NCBI RefSeq assembly: GCF_900232105.1
Contig: NZ_LT934425.1
Location: 2,430,001-2,462,000 of the forward strand
Direction: 5' to 3'
DNA from: Candidatus Kuenenia stuttgartensis
Lineage (GTDB): Bacteria; Planctomycetota; Brocadiia; Brocadiales; Brocadiaceae
Length of the DNA stretch: 32,000 nucleotides
Of the stretch, positions 24,605 to 32,000 are shown piece after piece. Under the pieces are notes generated by a model, which saw nothing but the letters and a program-made list of their open reading frames with translations, ran no database searches and was not told the DNA's origin. A program made the position numbers and the translations under genes. Numbering within the stretch: the first letter of the stretch is position 1; every line of letters begins with the position of its first letter.

Positions 24605-25663
24605 TTAATTTCGAGGATCATTAATGTACTTGAAACAATAGATGTTGGGTAGTTTGGTGGATTGAATAATCTCATCAATATATATTGGAGTGCTGGATAA
24701 AAGGGAAAAAACCTTTTTCTCATGTGAGTTGAGCAATAAATCTCTTGGGTCATTTAAGGCTGCATCTTCGCCGGCAGGGCATAAACTATCTGCAACATGC
24801 CCTAATTCCTGGATAATATCGGTAATGTCTTCCGTTAGTTTTGCGCCTTCTTTGATCAATTTGTTTGTGCCCTGGCTGTAGAGACTATCAACGTTTCCCG
24901 GCAATGCAAAGACCTCCTTTCCTTGTTCCAATGCCCATTGAGCAGTGATGAGGGAGCCGCTTTTCAGCGTTGACTCGATAACCAGTACGCCAAGCGATAA
25001 ACCGCTGATAATTCTGTTGCGCGGCGGGAAATTCCGATAGTCAGGAGGCGTGTTTATCGGGAATTCCGAGATGAGTGCGCCATGCTGTATTATGTTTTCT
25101 GATAATACGGTGTTTTCTTTGGGATAGACTGTCCCTAATCCGCAGCCAAGAACGGCTATCGTTCTTCCATTTGAGCTGATCGCTCCCTTGTGGGCTGCTG
25201 TGTCTATTCCGCGTGCCATCCCGCTTATTATGCAGAAACCTTTTTGCGCCAGTTGGCGGGCAAACCGTTCTGCCTGTGACAGCCCGTAATAGGTGCAGCG
25301 TCTCGATCCAACAATCGCAAGGGCTATAAGATCCGTTTCCAGCAAATTGCCTTTTACGTAAAGGACTAGAGGGGGATCGTAAAGATTCTTCAGGTGTTGC
25401 GGATAATCGGCGCTTGTATAGGGGATAATTTTTATATTGTTTTTTTCTGCTAAATCAATTTCCTGGTGTATATCAACGCGTTGCGATTCTTCCAGTATTG
25501 CGTTTGCTATTTTCCCGCCTATGCCGGGTAACTTTTCCAATTCGGGTTTCACCGCCTGAAATACCCCGGCGATAGAACCAAATCTTTCGACAAGTGTCTG
25601 GTATGTCCTCGCCCCGATGCCCTTTGTCATATGAAGGCGCAGAATGGCTTCAAATTCAGTCAA
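24605..25663 (-). CDS. dprA: DNA-processing protein DprA (Smf)
   Basis: 352 aa. N-terminal SAM/HhH-like region, Rossmann-like core with IVGSRR...SGMARGIDTAAH...AVLGCG..., and a C-terminal wHTH-like tail. Confidence 0.92.
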   Translation of the reverse strand: MTEFEAILRLHMTKGIGARTYQTLVERFGSIAGVFQAVKPELEKLPGIGGKIANAILEESQRVDIHQEIDLAEKNNIKIIPYTSADYPQHLKNLYDPPLVLYVKGNLLETDLIALAIVGSRRCTYYGLSQAERFARQLAQKGFCIISGMARGIDTAAHKGAISSNGRTIAVLGCGLGTVYPKENTVLSENIIQHGALISEFPINTPPDYRNFPPRNRIISGLSLGVLVIESTLKSGSLITAQWALEQGKEVFALPGNVDSLYSQGTNKLIKEGAKLTEDITDIIQELGHVADSLCPAGEDAALNDPRDLLLNSHEKKVFSLLSSTPIYIDEIIQSTKLPNIYCFKYINDPRN

Positions 25664-25777
25664 GTTGCTTATCCTTTATAAAGAAAGGGAATGATAAGGT
25701 TTTTAAAAGAAACATACTCCATCGAAAAACCAAAATACCCGGCACGCATTGCGGGTGATGTTTTTTCGAGTCCATGG

Positions 25778-26866
25778 TTAGAAGGCTAAAAGGGGTTTAT
25801 CTAATACGCGGTAGAGCATTTCATCATTTACTTTATCAGAGATAATAACCTCGCCGATTTTTGTAGGGAGCACAAAACGGAGTCTTCCGGAGACCGTTTT
25901 CTTGTCAGTGTACAGCGCCTTTATAATATCCTCTGATTTCAGTCCGGTTTGAATGGATAAGCCCAGGTTTTTCATTATGGATAGCTGCCGGTCGAAAACG
26001 GAGGTATCCGCGATGCCAAGTTCAATTGCTATTTTTGTGGCATAAAGCATGCCTATGGCAACGGCTTCTCCGTGACGATATTGTTTGTAATGGGTAACCG
26101 TTTCTATGGCATGGCCTATGGTGTGTCCATAATTTAAAATGGCGCGAAGATCTTTCTCCTTTTCGTCCTGTTCTACAACATTGGCCTTTATCTGACACGA
26201 CGTGGCAATAATTTTAAGCAATGCTTCATCTTGTAATTGAAGAATAGCATCCATTGATTTTTCCATAAACGCAAATAATTCCGCATCCCTTATAACGCCG
26301 TATTTAATAACCTCAGCGATTCCGGCAACCATTTCTTTCGACGGGAGGGAAGAAAGCGTGTTTGTGTCTATGAATACTGCCTTTGGCTGATAAAAACACC
26401 CGATCATGTTTTTCCCTTTCGGGTGATTGACGGCTACCTTTCCGCCGATGCTGCTATCAACTTGCGCAAGCAGCGAGGTGGGAATTTGTATATAAGGAAT
26501 GCCGCGCATAAAGGTTGCTGCAATAAAACCGCTTAAATCCCCGACAACGCCTCCTCCAAGGGCTACGATGAGGGATTTTCTGTCAAGTTTATGGGCAAAG
26601 CAGTTGTCGTAAAGCAATAATGCATTTTCGATATTTTTTTGTTCTTCTCCCGGCGGTAAGGAAAGTAATTTTACATCAAAATTGTTCTGTCGGAAACTTT
26701 CTGCAACCACGTCTCCATAGATTTTTTCTATGTTTTCGTCGGTTATTAAGAGCATTTTGCATGGTTCTTTGTCTTTTGCGACAATCTCCCCTACTTTCGC
26801 AAGGATATCTTTTCCTATGTAAATATTGTAACTATCTGCGGAAAGATTTACATGAATAGTCTTCAT
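25778..26866 (-). CDS. aroB: 3-dehydroquinate synthase
   Basis: 362 aa. ...LGGGVVGDLSGFIAATFMRGIPYIQIPTSLLAQVDSSIGGKVAVN... and ...LNYGHTIGHAIE... motifs. Confidence 0.94.
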   Translation of the reverse strand: MKTIHVNLSADSYNIYIGKDILAKVGEIVAKDKEPCKMLLITDENIEKIYGDVVAESFRQNNFDVKLLSLPPGEEQKNIENALLLYDNCFAHKLDRKSLIVALGGGVVGDLSGFIAATFMRGIPYIQIPTSLLAQVDSSIGGKVAVNHPKGKNMIGCFYQPKAVFIDTNTLSSLPSKEMVAGIAEVIKYGVIRDAELFAFMEKSMDAILQLQDEALLKIIATSCQIKANVVEQDEKEKDLRAILNYGHTIGHAIETVTHYKQYRHGEAVAIGMLYATKIAIELGIADTSVFDRQLSIMKNLGLSIQTGLKSEDIIKALYTDKKTVSGRLRFVLPTKIGEVIISDKVNDEMLYRVLDKPLLAF

Positions 26867-27159
26867 ACATTTTTGTCCATTTTTTAAGGTTTGTGTCGGT
26901 AAGAGGATAGATCACCATTTTGCCCTGGGTATGCAGGTATTTGTGCAGCATCTTAAAGCCTTTTCATTTGTTTCTTATATGTCCCCTGGATTTTAAAAAA
27001 AACGAGACTGTCGCCAATTCTCAAGTCTCTTATCCCTTGAAGAGACTACCATTTTTTGCCAAATTCTGCAACAAGGCTTTACCTTCATTTAGACCTTCAG
27101 CAGTTTTCTTACGTCACGAAGACTTCAAGGTACAAATTAAAAAGCTTGATGATTTTGTG

Positions 27160-27318
27160 ACTAGTATAGCGTTTCATTAAAATATCTACATTGATACCGT
27201 CATTGCGAGCGACAGCGAAGCAATCTTAAGTCTTTTGGGAACAAGAGATTGCTTCGTCGTTCCACTCCTCGCAATGACATTTTTTTACGTACACATTTTA
27301 ACGAAACGATGTACTAGT
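27160..27318. repeat. About 160-bp imperfect long palindrome with a GTCATTGCGAG...CTCGCAATGAC core hairpin
   Basis: The outer arms ACTAGTATAGCGTTTC (27160-27175) and GAAACGATGTACTAGT (27303-27318) match at 13/16. The inner arms at 27199-27278 include GCGAAGCAATCT / AGATTGCTTCG. Confidence 0.75.
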
Positions 27319-27613
27319 TTGAAATTCATGGACGTTAAATCCTTGTTGACGGAATAGCCTATTTTATTATACATTAATTTTCGACCCGGCAAATATACAA
27401 CAAAACCAAAACACCACCACAGCAAGAGATTCCATTATAAACAATATAATCTCGGCATATTCCCAAGCTTTTAATATACTCTGGAACTACATAGCCTATG
27501 GCATAAGTAAATCTGTAGATTTTCAGAGAGTGGAAAATGAAGCTCGCACAATGATCCAATACGTAAAAGACAAAAACAGAGGAAATTACGCAAAAATTAA
27601 GGAATAGTCAAAT

Positions 27614-27790
27614 ACATTACTTTGTTAAAAACCATTGAAACCGTTCGTAAAGTAATATGTTTTGCATGTCTTCACGTTCGGCGTCATACTTAATTTTGTA
27701 TGGTAATTAATCAAGAATCTTTCAAAACATAAATCCTTTTAAATAGCGGCAATTAAGATAGTTTTGCATATTATTTTAACAAAGTAATGT
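27614..27790. repeat. Perfect 17-bp inverted repeat ACATTACTTTGTTAAAA / TTTTAACAAAGTAATGT enclosing 143 bp
   Basis: Arms at 27614-27630 and 27774-27790 are exact reverse complements. The interior has no ORF. Confidence 0.7.
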
Positions 27791-27995
27791 TTATAGAATA
27801 CTTATTGCAAAAAATGAGTTCGAAGAGTAAGGTAATAACATAATGGTGTATCGACCTTTAAAGACAAGGGAAAAATTGCTTATCTGCTTTACTCCTGTGA
27901 TATTAATGACTTCTTGAATTCAACGGATATTGCTTAAAATTTCCCTCATGGAACAAGAAAAGTCATTAATTCCTGTCAGAATATGAAAATTTTTG

Positions 27996-28294
27996 GTAAC
28001 ACTTTAGTTTTTTGAAAAATGTATTACCTATAAGCTCCGTAGGAGCAGCCTGTTTGTAGCAAAATAGAATATTATAACAGATCGCAGAGACAGGCTTGAA
28101 ACCTGTCTCTGCAATTAGGAGCGACCTGTCTCTTGTAAAAATCCATATAAACAGGTCTACCTGAATACGGACAGGCCGCTCCTACGGAGCTATTTACCCT
28201 ATTGAATTTTATCGTGCTACAAACAGACCGCCCCTGACGGGGCTACATGATATTTTTTCTATCACGGGAATTTTTCAAAAAACTAAAGTGTTAC
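27996..28294 (-). mobile_element. 299-bp MITE (copy C, inverted relative to copy B) with about 25-bp TIRs (GTAACACTTTAGTTTTTTGAAAAAT) and a perfect 9-bp TSD (AAATTTTTG)
   Basis: AAATTTTTG occurs at 27987-27995 and 28295-28303, immediately outside the termini. About 90% identical to the reverse complement of 16705-17007. No ORF. It ends 89 nt before the atpD ATG. Confidence 0.85.
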
Positions 28295-28368
28295 AAATTT
28301 TTGGATAATTTTCGAAACCTAACATAGCGCCAAAGTATAATTTTTTGTAACATGAGTAAGACAGATAA

Positions 28369-30148
<1,780 letters not shown>

Positions 30149-30149
<1 letters not shown>

Positions 30150-30427
30150 TGGAAGATAAAAAATTTTCAATGGATATAGAGAGATCTGCGAAAGAACTAC
30201 TGAGTGCCCGAAAGGAGAAATCAAACTTCTGGCGCTATGCCAATGTTCTTGGCGTTGGTGGATGGACTTTCGTTATCCCGGTAGTTGGAGGGGCTTATCT
30301 GGGAAGGTATCTGGACAAAAAAATACACGGGGAAGGCATTTCGTGGACAATAACACTTCTTATGATTGGCATAGCCGTTGGTGTTTATAATGTCTGGTAT
30401 TTGTTCGTTAGGAAACATCGGCAATGA
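30149..30427 (+). CDS. Small 2-TM AtpZ/AtpI-type protein (ATPase_gene1 / AtpQ-like)
   Basis: VGGWTFVIPVVGGAYLGRYLDKK followed by a second TM helix matches the G-x-G-xxxG-xxLD pattern of the AtpQ/AtpZ family. The ATG at 30149 overlaps the atpC stop; the track lists a TTG at 30146. Confidence 0.75.
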
Positions 30428-31089
30428 AGGTATTTAATGTTTTTCCGGAAACAATTTTTTCAATTGGTCGTGTTCAGGTTACAGACACAGTTACTACCAC
30501 ATGGTTTGTCATGGCGGCTATAATAACAATCTGCTATCTTTCTACAAGGAAACTCTCCATAAAGCCATCCTTTTTCCAGGAGGTGTTAGAGGCTATCTTT
30601 GAGTTCATGGAAAAAACGATAAAAGATGTCCTGCCATTGAATCCGTGGCTGGTTGTTCCTATATTGGGTACCATTTGGATACTTATTGGTTTCTCCAATA
30701 TGGCCGGTCTGATACCAGGATTGAAGACGCCTACCGCAGACCTCAATACAACCCTTGCGTTTGCGTTAATATCTTTTTCCATGACTCACGTTATTGGTAT
30801 TGCAACACAAGGGTTTAAAGGATATCTTTTACACTATAAAGAACCAACATGGATATTGCTCCCGTTCCACCTTATAGCAGAGGTTACAAGAACGGTTGCG
30901 CTTGCCGTAAGGCTTTTTGGGAATATGTTAAGCGGCGATATGATTGCCATAATACTTCTCGGTATCGTTGGGTTGCTGGTACCGATTCCGTTTAGCCTGC
31001 TCCACATAATTATTGGTATTATACAGGCATATATATTTGGTGTTTTAACGCTTGTATTTATAGCCGGTGGCATTAAAACAAAATCTTAA
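30424..31089 (+). CDS. atpB: Fo ATPase a subunit
   Basis: 221 aa, 5-6 TM helices, with the essential Arg motif ...ALAVRLFGNMLSGD... ATGA overlap with the upstream gene. Confidence 0.92.
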   Translation: MKVFNVFPETIFSIGRVQVTDTVTTTWFVMAAIITICYLSTRKLSIKPSFFQEVLEAIFEFMEKTIKDVLPLNPWLVVPILGTIWILIGFSNMAGLIPGLKTPTADLNTTLAFALISFSMTHVIGIATQGFKGYLLHYKEPTWILLPFHLIAEVTRTVALAVRLFGNMLSGDMIAIILLGIVGLLVPIPFSLLHIIIGIIQAYIFGVLTLVFIAGGIKTKS

Positions 31090-31101
31090 TAGGAGGCTTA
31101 T

Positions 31102-31368
31102 ATGGACGCCAAAACCGTAGTTATTTCTGTTTCGATACTGGCAGCGGCCTTTGTAATGGCTATCGGTGGTTACGGGCCGGCAAAAGCGCTTGGAAATGCC
31201 CTTACCGAGGCCCTTGACGCCACAGCAAGACAGCCTGAGGCGTCCGACAAAATTATGAGGGTGCTTTTTGTCGGAATGGCGCTGATTGAATCCATTGCCA
31301 TATACGCATTTGTTATCGCTTTGATTGTCCTTTTTGCAAATCCTCTTATCGGGTATATTTTAAAATGA
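31102..31368 (+). CDS. atpE: Fo ATPase c subunit
   Basis: 88 aa helical hairpin with an ARQPEA loop and the ion-binding Glu in ALIESIAIY. AGGAGG lies 6 nt upstream of the ATG. Confidence 0.93.
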   Translation: MDAKTVVISVSILAAAFVMAIGGYGPAKALGNALTEALDATARQPEASDKIMRVLFVGMALIESIAIYAFVIALIVLFANPLIGYILK

Positions 31369-32000
31369 AATTCAATATCTGGACACTTTTATTTCAGATA
31401 ATAAACTTTGTTGTTTTGCTCTATATCCTTAGAAGGATACTGTACAAGCCCATACGTGAAATTATTGAAAAACGAAGAGGGCTTATAGCAAAAACGGTAG
31501 AGGATGCCGAAAAGACAAAGAAAGAGGCGCTGGAACTTAAGGAAAAAAACCAGAAAGAATTGAACAAGGTAAAGGAACTTCAAAGCCAAATGCTCGAACA
31601 GACGAGGGAAGAAGCCCTTAAAGACAGGAGTAAGTTACTCGATGAGGCAAATAAAGAGGCTGCCAAGATAAACGAAAAAGAAAAGGCTTTGATTGATGCA
31701 GAAAAAATAAGGATAGAATTAGAACTGAAAAATAAGACCCTTGAGATGGTCTCTGTTTTCGCTTCAAATCTTTTAAAAGACATTTCAGACGAAGAGCTTC
31801 ATAGGTCTATATTTAGAAAGCTCTTGAAGGAGAACGGGAAAATTGTTTCTGATATTTCCAAAATAAAAGGAAAAGAGGAGATATTAAATATAGAACTCTT
31901 TACCGCATACCCATTACCTCTGGATGATGTAAAAACATTTAAAGAAACACTTGAATCACAGCTTGCAAAAAAAGTAAAAATGAATACGACCATTGATGAG
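31365..32000 (+). CDS. atpF: Fo ATPase b subunit, 5' partial (runs off the window); not in the supplied ORF track
   Basis: My own translation from the ATG at 31365 (ATGA overlap with atpE) is open for 212 codons to nt 32000. It begins MKFNIWTLLFQIINFVVLLYILRRILYKPIREIIEKRRGLIAKTVEDAEKTKKEA..., i.e. one TM helix followed by a long charged helix. Confidence 0.88.
   Translation, partial: MKFNIWTLLFQIINFVVLLYILRRILYKPIREIIEKRRGLIAKTVEDAEKTKKEALELKEKNQKELNKVKELQSQMLEQTREEALKDRSKLLDEANKEAAKINEKEKALIDAEKIRIELELKNKTLEMVSVFASNLLKDISDEELHRSIFRKLLKENGKIVSDISKIKGKEEILNIELFTAYPLPLDDVKTFKETLESQLAKKVKMNTTIDE

Noticed and set aside
16705-28294. MITE copies B and C are inverted relative to each other (~90% identical over 300 bp) and bracket an 11-kb segment. 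I considered a recombination-mediated inversion of that segment.
   Set aside because: Each copy still has its own matching target duplication on both sides (AAAGTGTG for B, AAATTTTTG for C). Recombination between the copies would have swapped the flanks. The present arrangement is therefore the un-inverted insertion state.

Overview
This is a 32-kb chromosomal window from a low-GC (roughly 40%) bacterium. I call about 31 protein genes, 2 tRNA(CAU) genes and no rRNA or CRISPR. Gene content (several small c-type cytochromes, a Wood-Ljungdahl-type metF, a beta-first N-ATPase operon, Memo/AmrB, a TPR/GT-C membrane protein) and the intergenic repeat repertoire suggest an anammox-type Planctomycete (Brocadiales, Kuenenia-like). 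That assignment is inference only.

Layout:
- A cytoplasmic molybdopterin oxidoreductase.
- A GC-rich 518-aa orphan gene.
- A glycan cluster: GT2, AmrB, UDP-sugar pyrophosphorylase, TPR/GT-C.
- metF, a PilZ protein, a ferritin-like protein and gdh.
- A cupin, an SDR, a membrane diheme cytochrome and pfkA.
- Two tandem small cytochromes c, both frame-disrupted.
- A redox/heat-stress run: SOR, a small protein, a 58-aa ferredoxin missing from the ORF track, and 2x Hsp20.
- dprA and aroB.
- The start of an atpD-C-Q-B-E-F (N-ATPase type) operon, running off the window.

I did not find a clear multi-gene novel system such as a defence island. The most unusual content is:
1. A family of non-autonomous elements with GTAAC...GTTAC termini and 8-9-bp target duplications (IS66-like hallmarks). 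At least five copies or derivatives are present, some nested. One internal hairpin shows compensatory substitutions between copies.
2. The compositionally foreign 518-aa orphan gene bracketed by 9-bp direct repeats.
3. Three same-sign single-base frame disruptions confined to the two tandem cytochrome c genes.
4. A perfect 36-bp palindrome upstream of the hsp20 pair.
5. Several other palindromic intergenic repeat families.

All protein functions are assigned by eye from motifs. No searches were run.
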